DNA of 64,000 nucleotides from Candidatus Sulfotelmatobacter sp. (GTDB taxonomy: Bacteria > Acidobacteriota > Terriglobia > Terriglobales > Acidobacteriaceae): NCBI GenBank assembly GCA_035946775.1, contig DASYZA010000328.1, forward strand, positions 3,203 to 67,202, given 5' to 3'. The stretch's first letter is position 1; each line of letters begins with the position of its first letter. The notes below the pieces were generated by a model. That model did not search any database and had not been told where the DNA came from. It was given only the letters and a program-made list of their open reading frames with translations. Positions 47,335 through 57,501 of the stretch are shown one piece after another. Both the position numbers and the translations under genes were made by a program.

Positions 47335-48018
47335 CTACTTTCCGGGCAGGCCGAGGTCTTCAATGTGGAGGAGCATGTCGGCGGGATCGGAGTAGACCCG
47401 GAAGGCTCCGGATTCTTCGAGTTCCTGCTTGCTGTATCCGCCGCTGAGAAAGCCGATGGAGAGAGAGCGGCGGCGTCCCGCGGCGATCATGTCCCAGGTC
47501 GCGTCGCCGACTACGATGCAGTTTTCGAGAGGCGTCCGTAATTTTTCTGCAGCGGATAAGAAGATGTCGGGCGAGGGCTTAGCCTGGGCGACGTCATCTC
47601 CGGTGATGATGACCGCATTCTGGGGCAGACGCAAGTTTTCGAGCAGATGTTTGGTCTGGTTGCGATTGCCCGTTGTGGCGATGGCCCAGCGGACCCGATG
47701 TCGCGTGAGGTGATTGAGCAGGTCTTGTGCGCCAGGCAGAACGCGGGGATCGCGGGCGGATCGGAGGAAGATCGCGTCGTGGCGAGACTCCGCTTTGTCG
47801 ATGTCGATGCGGTGCCTGCGCACCTCGGGTTCGCGGAGAAGTTGCTTAGCGAGGGATTTTCCGCTCATGCCGATGCGGCGATGAATTTTCCAGTCGGGGA
47901 TTTGCACTCCATGTTCGCGGAGAGCTTGAGACCAGGCTTGGACGTGATCGTAGACGGTGTCGATGAGAGTGCCGTCGAGATCGAAGAGGATCGGTGGGGG
48001 AGATGTAGGGGCGGGCAT
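47335..48018 (-). CDS. HAD-superfamily hydrolase (subfamily IA, phosphatase/beta-phosphoglucomutase-like)
   Basis: ATG at 48016-48018. Motif I is ILFDLDGTLIDT. Also present are motif II T(T)G, and motif III/IV K...VVGDATWDM. Confidence 0.8.
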   Translation of the reverse strand: MPAPTSPPPILFDLDGTLIDTVYDHVQAWSQALREHGVQIPDWKIHRRIGMSGKSLAKQLLREPEVRRHRIDIDKAESRHDAIFLRSARDPRVLPGAQDLLNHLTRHRVRWAIATTGNRNQTKHLLENLRLPQNAVIITGDDVAQAKPSPDIFLSAAEKLRTPLENCIVVGDATWDMIAAGRRRSLSIGFLSGGYSKQELEESGAFRVYSDPADMLLHIEDLGLPGK

Positions 48019-48191
48019 GATAGTGGGTTGCGGGCCTGCGGATTTTTGCTGCTTGGGATGAAAACTTTTAACCGCTAAAGACGCGCAGTGCTGGCTAAGA
48101 GCGCGAAGAAGAGCGCGCACCTGGGCACGGCGCGAGACAGTCGAAGTTCCGACAGCCGCCCGGACCTCGGTGTACGGATTATCATGGGCGA

Positions 48192-49916
48192 ATGAGGTGG
48201 GCCGGGGGTCTTCGCCGGAGGATCGTCCTTTTCGTCTTTCTTTTTCCCGCGCTGCTGCGGCTTCCTGCTCCTGCGCAAACTAGTGCCGCGACTTCGCAGA
48301 GCAACGCTACTCCGCAAACTGGAATTGCCGTTTCGAAAACAGGCGCCTCTATTCCGCAAAGCAGCAACAGCGTTCCCGGAAATGAGGCATGTTCGTCGTG
48401 TCATGCGGAGATTTACAAGTCGTACAGCAAGACAATTATGGCGCAGGCGAGTGGTCCGGCCGCCGAGGGGTTGATTACCGGCGAGTTTGAGGACGACATT
48501 TCGGGCGTGCAGTATCGGATTTATGAGAAGGACGGCCGCGTGTGGATGAGCTATAAGCGCGAACGCGAACTCAGCGGACAACGCGAACTGCGGTATTTCA
48601 TCGGCTCAGGCAAAAAGGGGCGGACTTATCTTTTTCCTGACGATGGCTACCTGTTTGAGGCGCCGATCAACTGGTACACGCGGGAGAAACGCTGGAACAT
48701 GACGCCGGCCTATATGGATGCGCAAGAGATTCCGATGAATCTGCCTGCCTTTGAGAGTTGCCTGAATTGCCACACCAGCGGGATGCAGACACCGATGCCA
48801 GGAACGGCGAACAAGTTCGCGGGCAAGCCATTTCTGCATAACGGGATCACGTGCGAGCGATGCCACGGCGCCGGTGACGGACATATAGCGGGTAAGGGAA
48901 CGATTGTGAATCCCGCGAAGCTCCCGCCAGAGCGGCGTGACTCAATTTGCATGGAGTGTCACTTCGAGGGAGCCACCGCAGTCGAGCAGCCAGGTAAGCG
49001 CGTCTACGAGTTCCAGCCTGGAGACAGGCTCTCGGACTACATACATTATTTCGTTCTTCGTCAGAATGAGCCGGATAAGCCCGAGGCGCTGAGCCAGTTT
49101 CAGGCTCTGTCGATGAGCGCATGCAAAAAGAAATCGGGCGATCGCATGTGGTGTGGCAGTTGTCATGATTCGCACGAAGAGCCGGCCGAAGCGGAGAAGG
49201 CGGCGTACTACCGCCGCAAGTGTCTGAACTGTCATCGGCAGGCATTCGCAGCGAGCCATCATCCCGAAAAACCGGATTGCATAAGCTGCCACATGCCGTC
49301 CCTGCCAAGCGCGGACGTGGCGCACACAGAAGGGACCGACCATCGGATCCGGCGCTATCCGCAGATGCCGGAACTAATCACGCGAGTGCCGGGGCCGACG
49401 CTCGAATCTTTTCCGCAGGACAACGCGGCGGAGGTAACGAACCGGGATCTCGCTTTGGGCTGGTATTCGCTCGCGCAACGCGGCATGCAGGGTGCGGAGG
49501 GCGAGACAGAGAAGTATCTTGGCAAGGCGATCAAGGATCGCCCGGACGATCCTGATGTGCTTGAGGCGTGGGCGTTCGTTGAGCAAAAACATGGGCACCG
49601 GAAGGATGCGGAGTTGCTTTATGCCAAAGTTTTGAAGGGAAATCCGTTGTCGAATACGGCGGATACAAACTTGGGAATTCTGGAAGCGCGCGGCGGTAAC
49701 ATTCGCGATGCCGTGAAGTTATGGCAAGCGGCATTTTCGCGAGTACCATACCGGAGCGAGATCGGGGTGGATCTGGCGATCGTGTTCTGTGCAGATGGAC
49801 AGAAGGACATTGCGCGGAAATATCTGGACCGCGTAATGGAGTTCAATCCGGATTATGGGAAAGCCAAAGGGCTGATGGAGCACATGAAAGGCGACTCGGG
49901 GGAGTGCAAGCCGTGA
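48192..49916 (+). CDS. secreted multiheme cytochrome c (7 CxxCH) fused to C-terminal TPR repeats
   Basis: A signal peptide is followed by CSSCH, CLNCH, CERCH, CMECH, CGSCH, CLNCH and CISCH. The C-terminal ~170 aa are TPR-like (AELLYAKVLKGNPLSNTADTNLGILEARGGNIRDAVKLWQAAF...). Confidence 0.8.
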   Translation: MRWAGGLRRRIVLFVFLFPALLRLPAPAQTSAATSQSNATPQTGIAVSKTGASIPQSSNSVPGNEACSSCHAEIYKSYSKTIMAQASGPAAEGLITGEFEDDISGVQYRIYEKDGRVWMSYKRERELSGQRELRYFIGSGKKGRTYLFPDDGYLFEAPINWYTREKRWNMTPAYMDAQEIPMNLPAFESCLNCHTSGMQTPMPGTANKFAGKPFLHNGITCERCHGAGDGHIAGKGTIVNPAKLPPERRDSICMECHFEGATAVEQPGKRVYEFQPGDRLSDYIHYFVLRQNEPDKPEALSQFQALSMSACKKKSGDRMWCGSCHDSHEEPAEAEKAAYYRRKCLNCHRQAFAASHHPEKPDCISCHMPSLPSADVAHTEGTDHRIRRYPQMPELITRVPGPTLESFPQDNAAEVTNRDLALGWYSLAQRGMQGAEGETEKYLGKAIKDRPDDPDVLEAWAFVEQKHGHRKDAELLYAKVLKGNPLSNTADTNLGILEARGGNIRDAVKLWQAAFSRVPYRSEIGVDLAIVFCADGQKDIARKYLDRVMEFNPDYGKAKGLMEHMKGDSGECKP

Positions 49917-49936
49917 GTGCGGGGCGAGACGCTCGC

Positions 49937-49977
49937 CATTGAGTGATTGAGCCATCGGGCGATTGAAAATCAATTAC
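49937..49977. repeat. CATTGAG/GATTG(G/A)G word repeat after the cytochrome gene
   Basis: cattgagtgattgagccatcgggcgattgaaaatcaattac, preceded by the small hairpin ggcgag-ac-gctcgcc (49923-49937). It shares CCATTGAGTGATTG with the reverse complement of 60348-60392. Confidence 0.55.
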
Positions 49978-50078
49978 TTCGGAATTACGGACGGTGCGGG
50001 CGAGACGCCACCGCGACGGCGCCGCTAGGGAATTCAAAGTCAAAATTCCCGGGCGGCGGGCACCTCTTCTTCATTTGT

Positions 50079-51752
50079 TTACCTGGCTTTGTAGACAATC
50101 TTTCCGGCGACCATTGTCCAGACTACCTTCGTTTGCTGCATTTCTTCGGGGCTCACCGTTAACACGTCACGATCTAACAAGACCAGATCCGCTCTTTTTC
50201 CTGGGGCGATTACTCCAATCGAATCCAAGTTGAGAGCTTTGGCTGAGTTTCTCGTGTAAGCGTAGAACATCGCTTCGCGGGGCATGTCCTGGCTCGGGTC
50301 GAGTACTCCTTCATCTCCCTTGCGGGTCTCGGCTTTGTAGATTGCGCGGAAAACATTTGCGGTGGAGACCGGCCAGTCGCTGGCGCCCGAGATGATGCCC
50401 CGGTTGTCGAGGATGGACCGGGCGGGGTATTGCCATTTGTAGATCGCGGGGTCGACGTAGGGCTTGAGGATTTCGATGGTGTCGTTGGAGGCTTCGGCCC
50501 AGAAGAGCTGGAGCGCGCTGACGACTCCAAGTTCGCGGAAGCGGGGGAAATCTTCCGGACGGACGAATTGCTCATGCGTGAGCGTGTCGGGAAGGTGAGA
50601 ATCTCCATTTGCCGCGCGGGCCGCAGCGATCCCGTCGAGTGCGGCCTTGACGGCGCCATCGCCGATGGCATGGACGTGAATGATGAGTCCATCTTTGTCG
50701 GCGGCGATGCAGAGTTGGTTGAAGGTGTTCTGGTCGAAGAGGAGTTCACCGTTGCGTCCGGAGTTTCTGTAGGGCTTGGTGAGATTCGCGGTTTGCGAAG
50801 GGTATTCGGCCACGCCGTCGGCGAAAACCTTGATTCCGGTGACGTGCAGGTGCGGGATGTTTCCGTAGATTTGTTGCTGCTTGTGGACGAAGGCGAGCTC
50901 TGCAGGAGGATCTTTGGCGAGGACCCGCGGGAAGGCGACCACTTCGCTATTCAATTCGCCGTGCTCGGAGAGCATTTTGTAGGAGCGGAGAGAATTCTCG
51001 GGGGCGCTGGGCTCAAGCCATGCGGTGATACCGAGGCTGTATTCGTATTGCAGAGCGGCACGTCCGGCGGTCAGGATTTCGGCATCAGTGGGCGGCGGCA
51101 TCAGCTTGTCGATTTTTTCCTGGCCGGCGTCGACGAGGAATCCCTTGGGTTCGAAGGTGTTCTTGTCGTATCCGAAATAGCTGCGCTGATCGGCGTTCAG
51201 AGACTTCAGATAATTGGCGGTAATGCCGGCGCGCTGGAGCATGGCGCGATTGGCCCAGGCGGTGTGGCCGTCCATGCCGCGGAAGATGAGGGGCTGTTTT
51301 TCATACGGGCCGGTACTGAAGTCCTGATTCAGGGCGTCGGTGTGCGACCAGAACTTGAGCGGCAGCCCCAGGATCTCGAGGATCTCGCCGTGCATGCCAC
51401 GTTTGGCTTTTAGGGCATCAGCGACGAAGGCTTGTAGTTCGGGAAAGGTGTCGACGGTTTCGCCGACATCGGCGTTGGTGAGGTTGAAGCCTCCGTCGAT
51501 GGTGTGACTGTGGGAGTCGATGAATCCGGGAAAGAGAGTTTTACCGTCGAGGTCGGTGCGCGTGGCGTTGGGCGCGGCTTTCGCGACTTCTGGGAGATTG
51601 CCGACTGCGAGGATTTTTCCGTCGCTGATGGCGACGGCTTCGGCGTAGGGATTCTGCGGGTCGGCGGTGAAGATTTTCGCGTGATAGAAGATCTGGTCTT
51701 GTGCGGCGAGCAGAGTGGCGGAAAAGAATAAAAAGCCCAGGATTCGTCCCAT
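50079..51752 (-). CDS. amidohydrolase-family metallohydrolase (Amidohydro_3 / YtcJ-like), secreted
   Basis: ATG at 51750-51752 (MGRILGFLFFSATLLAAQ). Motifs are GFIDSHSHT (HxH metal site), HVHAIGD and GASDWPV. Confidence 0.8.
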   Translation of the reverse strand: MGRILGFLFFSATLLAAQDQIFYHAKIFTADPQNPYAEAVAISDGKILAVGNLPEVAKAAPNATRTDLDGKTLFPGFIDSHSHTIDGGFNLTNADVGETVDTFPELQAFVADALKAKRGMHGEILEILGLPLKFWSHTDALNQDFSTGPYEKQPLIFRGMDGHTAWANRAMLQRAGITANYLKSLNADQRSYFGYDKNTFEPKGFLVDAGQEKIDKLMPPPTDAEILTAGRAALQYEYSLGITAWLEPSAPENSLRSYKMLSEHGELNSEVVAFPRVLAKDPPAELAFVHKQQQIYGNIPHLHVTGIKVFADGVAEYPSQTANLTKPYRNSGRNGELLFDQNTFNQLCIAADKDGLIIHVHAIGDGAVKAALDGIAAARAANGDSHLPDTLTHEQFVRPEDFPRFRELGVVSALQLFWAEASNDTIEILKPYVDPAIYKWQYPARSILDNRGIISGASDWPVSTANVFRAIYKAETRKGDEGVLDPSQDMPREAMFYAYTRNSAKALNLDSIGVIAPGKRADLVLLDRDVLTVSPEEMQQTKVVWTMVAGKIVYKAR

Positions 51753-51945
51753 GTTGTGTCCTTGGTTCGGTTTCGACGAAAGGAGAATACTATACACGCG
51801 CACGGGGCTTAAAAGCCCCCTGTTTTGATTGGGCTAACTCGACGCTGAAGCGCCGCTCTTCGAGGTTGCGGTCGCGAGTCAAAATCCCCATTCTGTCGCA
51901 GAAAACGCGACAAGGGTGGGGAGACCACATTCGAAAATCGAGCAG

Positions 51946-51977
51946 AAAAAAGCGGCCCGGGGAGGAAACCGGGCCGC
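51946..51977 (-). terminator. rho-independent terminator of the second TonB-dependent receptor gene
   Basis: 9-bp stem gcggcccgg/ccgggccgc with loop ggaggaaa. A6 on the plus strand gives a U-run downstream on the minus-strand RNA. Confidence 0.7.
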
Positions 51978-52001
51978 GAGTGGTTGTACGGGTGTTGCGG
52001 G

Positions 52002-55000
52002 TTAAAAACGTAGTTGAGCTCGAATCTGGAGGGCGCGCGGGGAGGCGTCGGCTCCGAGGAACGATCCGAAGATGCTGGTGGGCGTGGCCACCGTGCGGTT
52101 GATCAATCCGAACTGCGGGTTGCTAATATCGCCAACCGGCTGATCGAAGTTGGGATGGTTGAGGACGTTGAACGCCTGTGCGCCGATCTGGAGTTCGGCA
52201 CCTTCCCACTTGGGAATTCGGAAATTCTTCATCAGGGTCAAATCAGTGTCGAAGTAGGATGGTCCGTAGATCTGGTTCCGGCGTTGGTTTCCGAAGCCGA
52301 AAGCTCCGGACGCATTGAGGGGAGCAGTGAACTGAGCCGGGCTCATGCACGGTGTGCTGGCCACGTAATTGTTCGCTACCGCGGACGTGCCACAGCTCAA
52401 GGGTCCTACATTACTGTTGGCGAATATTGTGTTGCCGTAGTTGAAGCCGGCCAGCGCGCCGGAGTCGGCTCCGTCGATTACGGTGAAGGGCAACCCCGTC
52501 CGATAGAAGAAGGTGCCGGAGACTGTCCAATCGGCAATGGCATTCAGCCAAAAATTGTGGAGCTTTGGCGTGTGCCACAAGTACGTCGCATTGAATTGAT
52601 GTCGAGAGTCGTAATCGGCATTGCCGTAGTTGTAACACCGGAAGCAGTAAGGATTCTGGGGTGTAAGAACGCTGGCGTTCGTACCAAGGTTGAAGGGCAG
52701 GAATCCACCATTGGAGACATCATCGAGCGCGTGGCTCCAAGTGTAGGAGGCTTGCAACTGGAAGCTGGTCGAAACCCGCCGGGTGAACGACGCCGTCAAT
52801 CCATTGTAGTTGGAAACGCCATAGTTCCCGACTTCCGTGACAGTACTGAAGCGGGTGTCAGGTGGGGCTGCGGGTAGACCAACAAAGCTCGTTGCGCCCA
52901 ATGACGGAGCACAGGTCGTCGGATCGCAGTAGCCGTTCAACCCTATGTTGGTGGCTGCAAGATCGTAACCATGATTCCCGACGTAGTTGATGTTGAGAGA
53001 ATTTCTGGTTCCGAGTGCCTGCTGTACTTCGAGGTTCCACTCCTCATATTTCGGATAGCGGATGTTGGAGTTGGGGTTGGTCACCGCCGGGGGGCTGAAT
53101 GCTCCCGGAGGAAGAGAGGCCTGGATCTGTCCGAAGTTCAGACCAGAATTGAATCCGGCAGTAAATGCCGCATTGGAGGCGACAGCGGCGGACTGGGCAT
53201 TGCCCGGTATTCCAGGCGCCGCCAGGCCAGTGGTGAGAAACGTATTCTTCAGCGGTGAGTTTGTGTCGAAGGAGGTGGCGACGGTTCCGGGGAAGACATC
53301 GGAGAAGAGGCCGAATCCACCGCGAATGACGGTATTGGCGTGTCCCAGAGGCTGCCATGCAAAGCCGATGCGAGGCTCCCAACTGATTGACTGATAACTG
53401 GGAAACGCCTGATGCAAGCCGCTGTGGATCGCCTGGTTGTACGGCTGGGTGGGGTCGTGAGAAATGTTCAAAAACGGCCCATCGAGGAGTGCAAAGCAGT
53501 TCGTCTGGCACACGGGATTGGAATTGTGCTGAGCGCGGAGAGAGAGCGTCAATTTCAGGGAGCGGCTGATGGCCCACTCATCTTGCGCGTAGAGTCCGAG
53601 ACTGTAGAGAGCCAACGGCTGTGTCGGGCGCGATGCGAAACCTTGCTCGAAGGTATCCACGGTCCCGCTGGCAAAGCTGCTTTGGGTGGCGAAGATAGCC
53701 AGCGGAATCGCGGAGAAGAACCCGCCCGGAGTGTAATCGGTAAGATCGTTGCGGCGGAAGTTGACACCAAATTTCAGGTTGTGACTGCCTTTCTGCCATC
53801 CATAGTCGTCGGAAATCTGATATTGGGTTACGTTGCGGCCCTGCGGCCAAGTGCCATAAAAGGTCGAGTTACCAGGAGTTGTGAAGTACCCGCCTGAGAA
53901 GTCAAGATCATACGGGGCGATCGCTGTGGCTTTCGCAAGACTGGGCGGACCAAACACTGCGCTGTACCACGATCCGGCAAGAATGAATTGGTTGACGCCA
54001 TTCGCTCCGACCTGGTGGGTTTCCTGGAGTTGACCCTCGTACTGCGGTTGAACACTTTGCGCGTTCAGCGCGGGGCTGAAAGGATCGGTGATCGAAGCCT
54101 GGAGTCCGTGATCGGTGCGGAAGTGGACAAACAGGCGGTCGCTATTGCCGATGTTCTGGTCCACGCGGGCGGTCATCAGCCATTCGGTTGTCAGGTTGCT
54201 GATATTGGATTGAAATTTCAACGCGCAGGGCGCACCGCCGGCGAGCGTCACCGTGCCGTCGCAGCCGCCGCCTGGCAAGCTGTTGGTCGCGGTTGCGGCG
54301 CCGGGAGCTTTGTTAAAAATACTGAAAGTCTGGTTGTAGAACGGGACCTCGGCAGCCGGGATATTGGCGAGCGTATATGCCTGGAATTGCGGGCTGGGAA
54401 TGTTCACCGGTTGAGACGTGGGAATGAGCAAGCGGAGTCCTTCCGTATCGAGGAAGAAGAAGGTCTTATCCTTAACGATCGGGCCTCCGAAGGACGCGGC
54501 CCACTGATTCGCGTTGTCGAAGGATCGCGGCACGCCCGCGTTGTTCAGAAACCAGTCATTCGCGTTCAGCACGCGGCCGTTCCAGAAATATTCGGCATTG
54601 CCGTGGAATTTATTGGTTCCTGATTTGGTTACGTAATTTACGTTCGCGCCAGCTAGCGTTCCATACTCACCGGTATATCCGTTGTTGACTATCGTCGCGG
54701 TCTGAACATCGTTGGCGCCGAGCAGAAGATTGGTTGCGCCGGAGTTATTCAGGTTCAGGAATGGATCGTTCTCGTTCATGCCATCAACGGTGAACAGGTT
54801 CGAGGTTGCGGAGATTCCAAACGTGGCGCTGTTGCCATAACCACCTTGCGTGTTCATGGTGGCGCCAGGTGCCGTCTGGACGTAGTAGCTGAGATCGTTG
54901 CCGGGATTGGGCATTTCGGCAACGATCTCGGGACTGATGTTTGTCGAGACGTTCCCGTTGTCGGTCTGCAGAACACTGCCTTGGGCGGTGACTTCAACCG

Positions 55001-55364
55001 TAGTAGCAGCGCTGGCCACCTGAAGCTTTATGTCGACGGTGCTCGACTGTCCAACGGCAACATTGACATTCTGCTGAGCTCCCTGAAACCCCTGGGACTT
55101 AGCGCTCACGCTGTAACTGCCCGGATTCAGTAAACCGAAGCGGTACGCTCCGGTACTGTTGCTCGTCGTGTTCTGTGTCGCGCCCGTGTCGTTGTTCTTC
55201 AGGGTGACAGTTGCGTTGGGAAGAGCGGCTCCGCTCGGATCGGTAACTGTCCCGACGAGGCTGCCGGAGGTGAGGGATTGGGCGAAGGAGGTCGCAGGAA
55301 GCAATGACAGGCCAGCGACAACGAGGGTCAAGACCAGGAACAGCGAAACCAGATACGACTTCAT
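52002..55364 (-). CDS. TonB-dependent receptor with carboxypeptidase-regulatory-like N-terminal domain
   Basis: ATG at 55362-55364 (MKSYLVSLFLVLTLVVAGLSLLPATSFAQ). GSLVGTVTDPSGAALPNATVTLKN...GAYRFGLLNPGSYSVSA, a long barrel, and a C-terminal ..LQIRAQLRF. It is a paralog in style of 21806-25147. Confidence 0.85.
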   Translation of the reverse strand: MKSYLVSLFLVLTLVVAGLSLLPATSFAQSLTSGSLVGTVTDPSGAALPNATVTLKNNDTGATQNTTSNSTGAYRFGLLNPGSYSVSAKSQGFQGAQQNVNVAVGQSSTVDIKLQVASAATTVEVTAQGSVLQTDNGNVSTNISPEIVAEMPNPGNDLSYYVQTAPGATMNTQGGYGNSATFGISATSNLFTVDGMNENDPFLNLNNSGATNLLLGANDVQTATIVNNGYTGEYGTLAGANVNYVTKSGTNKFHGNAEYFWNGRVLNANDWFLNNAGVPRSFDNANQWAASFGGPIVKDKTFFFLDTEGLRLLIPTSQPVNIPSPQFQAYTLANIPAAEVPFYNQTFSIFNKAPGAATATNSLPGGGCDGTVTLAGGAPCALKFQSNISNLTTEWLMTARVDQNIGNSDRLFVHFRTDHGLQASITDPFSPALNAQSVQPQYEGQLQETHQVGANGVNQFILAGSWYSAVFGPPSLAKATAIAPYDLDFSGGYFTTPGNSTFYGTWPQGRNVTQYQISDDYGWQKGSHNLKFGVNFRRNDLTDYTPGGFFSAIPLAIFATQSSFASGTVDTFEQGFASRPTQPLALYSLGLYAQDEWAISRSLKLTLSLRAQHNSNPVCQTNCFALLDGPFLNISHDPTQPYNQAIHSGLHQAFPSYQSISWEPRIGFAWQPLGHANTVIRGGFGLFSDVFPGTVATSFDTNSPLKNTFLTTGLAAPGIPGNAQSAAVASNAAFTAGFNSGLNFGQIQASLPPGAFSPPAVTNPNSNIRYPKYEEWNLEVQQALGTRNSLNINYVGNHGYDLAATNIGLNGYCDPTTCAPSLGATSFVGLPAAPPDTRFSTVTEVGNYGVSNYNGLTASFTRRVSTSFQLQASYTWSHALDDVSNGGFLPFNLGTNASVLTPQNPYCFRCYNYGNADYDSRHQFNATYLWHTPKLHNFWLNAIADWTVSGTFFYRTGLPFTVIDGADSGALAGFNYGNTIFANSNVGPLSCGTSAVANNYVASTPCMSPAQFTAPLNASGAFGFGNQRRNQIYGPSYFDTDLTLMKNFRIPKWEGAELQIGAQAFNVLNHPNFDQPVGDISNPQFGLINRTVATPTSIFGSFLGADASPRALQIRAQLRF

Positions 55365-55838
55365 ATTGAAAATCTCCTCGAAATAGGAAGCGTCGGACGC
55401 GCAGGGCGGCGCGGGCAAGTGGGGGAATACAGCTGAGTCGAATAGCGACAGAACGACAGAAAACATCGCCAATAAGTTCGAGCGGGGAACGGGTGCGACT
55501 CCTGATTAGGAGTCGTAGCCCGGGATCTGGCTATTGATGCGGGATTACGCGCATGCAGAGTCGAATCCCGCGGATTTCATAGCGTTCTTTACTTAAGCGT
55601 GACTGAACCTGCCTAGTGAGTGAATATGTGCCAAGTAGATGTAGGCCTGTATCGGGTGGTTGCCTAATCCGACTAACTTAGGTGAGATCACGCGCCGGTT
55701 ACGTGTAGAAAATTCAGATAACACAATTCAATTAGGTGTTTTCATGCGGTAGTCGGAGTGTCGAAGCAACAATGCGGAGTGATCGTCCAAACTAGGGCTG
55801 TTCGGGCCAAGAATCGCGCCAGGCATACGCCGACAAAA

Positions 55839-57212
55839 TTATGCAGAGCGTTCCGGTTCGCGGCGGCGCGCTGTCGTGCGAAGAATCAGGAACGCAAAAA
55901 TCAAAACGGCCAGAAGTGCGAGACCACTCCAGAGATTCATCAGGGGATGCAGCCATGTCTGCAACAGCGCAACAGACACGGTGATGAGGCCGATGACAGA
56001 TCCCCAGAGTCCGAGGGGGGAACGGAGTGGGAGTGAGGCGAGATCAGCAGGAGATCGGTGACGGCGGAACTGGATGTGGGCTGCGAAAGAGACAAGCCAC
56101 GAGAGGATCATTCCGGTGAAAGCGGCTCCGAGCATGTACCGGAACGCGTTTTCGGGAGCGAAGAGAACCAGGGCAAGCGCGAAAAGAATTCCGAACGAGG
56201 AGTGGAGGACTGCGTTCTGCGGTGAGCCCCCGTGATTGAGGTGGCCAAGGCTGGAAGGCGCCCATCCAGTGCGGGCTAGGGAGAAGATCATGCGCGACGC
56301 GACGTAAAGGGTGGCGTTCGCTCCGGAGATCGCCGCGGTGAGGACTACAAAATTCATGATGCCGGCAGCGTGAGGAATTTTGACGGTGCGGAATGTCGTC
56401 ACAAATGGGCTTTCGGTGATTCCCGCGTGATTCCATGGCATGACACCGAGCAGGATGATGATGGCGCCGACGTAGACGAAGGTGAGCGTAAGGAAGGTCA
56501 TCCAAACGGCGCGCGGGATTTCTTTCGAGTCGCGCGTTTCACCGCTGGTGACTGCAACCATCTCCACTCCGCCGAAACTGTAAACCGCGTAAGTAAGGGC
56601 GACGATCGGGGCAAAGAATCCATTTGGGAAAAATCCGCCTTGCGTGTTGTATTGCGGCGTAACGCGATGAGAGCTGAGGAGAGCTGCGCCGATCAGGATG
56701 AAGGCGACGATGGTGGCAAGCTTGATCATCGAGAGCCAGAATTCGAAGCGTGCGTACGAGCCGACGTTCAGGAGGTTCACGGCGAGAAGAGCTGCGCCGA
56801 AGACGATGATCCAGACATATGGCCGCACCGCGGGGAACCAGACGGACATGTAGGTGGCGGCGGCGATCATTTCTGTGCCGATAGCGAGGACGAGTCCGAG
56901 CCAGTATCCGGACCGGGCGATGAATCCGGCGAAGGAGTTGAGATAGAGATCGCCGTAAACGCCGAACGACCCGGCGGCGGGGTGAGCGCAGGCAAGTTCG
57001 CCGAGAGCCATGGCAACGGTCCAGTTTATGAAGGCCGCCGCTAGAAAACTGAGAATCGCGGCTGGGCCGGCGATCTCCATGGCGGCGCCTGAGCCGAGGA
57101 GGAGCCCCGTGCCGATGGAGCCTCCAACCGCGACCATCGCCATTTGAGAGGCGGAGAGCTGATGGCGCAGGCCTTGTTCGTGGAATTGAGAGGATTCAAC
57201 TTCGGTGGGCAT
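55839..57212 (-). CDS. APC-superfamily amino acid permease
   Basis: 12 TM. The N-terminal LSASQMAMVAVGGSIGTGLLLGSG matches the amino-acid permease signature region. Confidence 0.85.
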   Translation of the reverse strand: MPTEVESSQFHEQGLRHQLSASQMAMVAVGGSIGTGLLLGSGAAMEIAGPAAILSFLAAAFINWTVAMALGELACAHPAAGSFGVYGDLYLNSFAGFIARSGYWLGLVLAIGTEMIAAATYMSVWFPAVRPYVWIIVFGAALLAVNLLNVGSYARFEFWLSMIKLATIVAFILIGAALLSSHRVTPQYNTQGGFFPNGFFAPIVALTYAVYSFGGVEMVAVTSGETRDSKEIPRAVWMTFLTLTFVYVGAIIILLGVMPWNHAGITESPFVTTFRTVKIPHAAGIMNFVVLTAAISGANATLYVASRMIFSLARTGWAPSSLGHLNHGGSPQNAVLHSSFGILFALALVLFAPENAFRYMLGAAFTGMILSWLVSFAAHIQFRRHRSPADLASLPLRSPLGLWGSVIGLITVSVALLQTWLHPLMNLWSGLALLAVLIFAFLILRTTARRREPERSA

Positions 57213-57501
57213 GCGAGTCCTAGGAAGATAGCAGAAAACCGTTGACTTTGGCGGCAGTAGGCGCGGGTGCTGAGGCCCACGATTTCTCTCCGCCCTAACG
57301 TGGCGCTGATGGCCGCTCTTTCACCACCGGGCTGGCTGCAGCTCGGAGTGACAAGGCCCTTTTGGGCGGACTTCCGAGTTGGCCTCGGCGAGTCTCTTGC
57401 ATTTCAGGCATGACCTTCGTAATCGCGGGCCGGCGTTACCGCATTGCTGGGGGGCCGGGGCACTCCTAGAATCGGAGCAGGGTTACTCCGCCCTTTTTCG
57501 C

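Noticed and set aside
55539-55576. A tRNA-like T-arm string (gcggga...gagtcgaatcccgcgg) and a nearby perfect hairpin (55495-55514). This suggests a possible tRNA gene or an integration-site remnant.
   Set aside because: No cloverleaf can be drawn on either strand. The 5' half of the would-be T stem is 17 nt away, the hairpin is 8 bp with a 4-nt loop and not 5 bp with a 7-nt loop, and there is no acceptor stem. No integrase is nearby.
57213-57501. A riboswitch (glycine, lysine or other amino-acid class) in the 289-nt leader upstream of the amino acid permease (minus strand).
   Set aside because: The reverse complement contains GGCGGAGAG but none of the paired conserved cores. There is no CCGAAGG/GGAGAG tandem as in glycine riboswitches and no lysine-box strings. 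The evidence is insufficient to call it.
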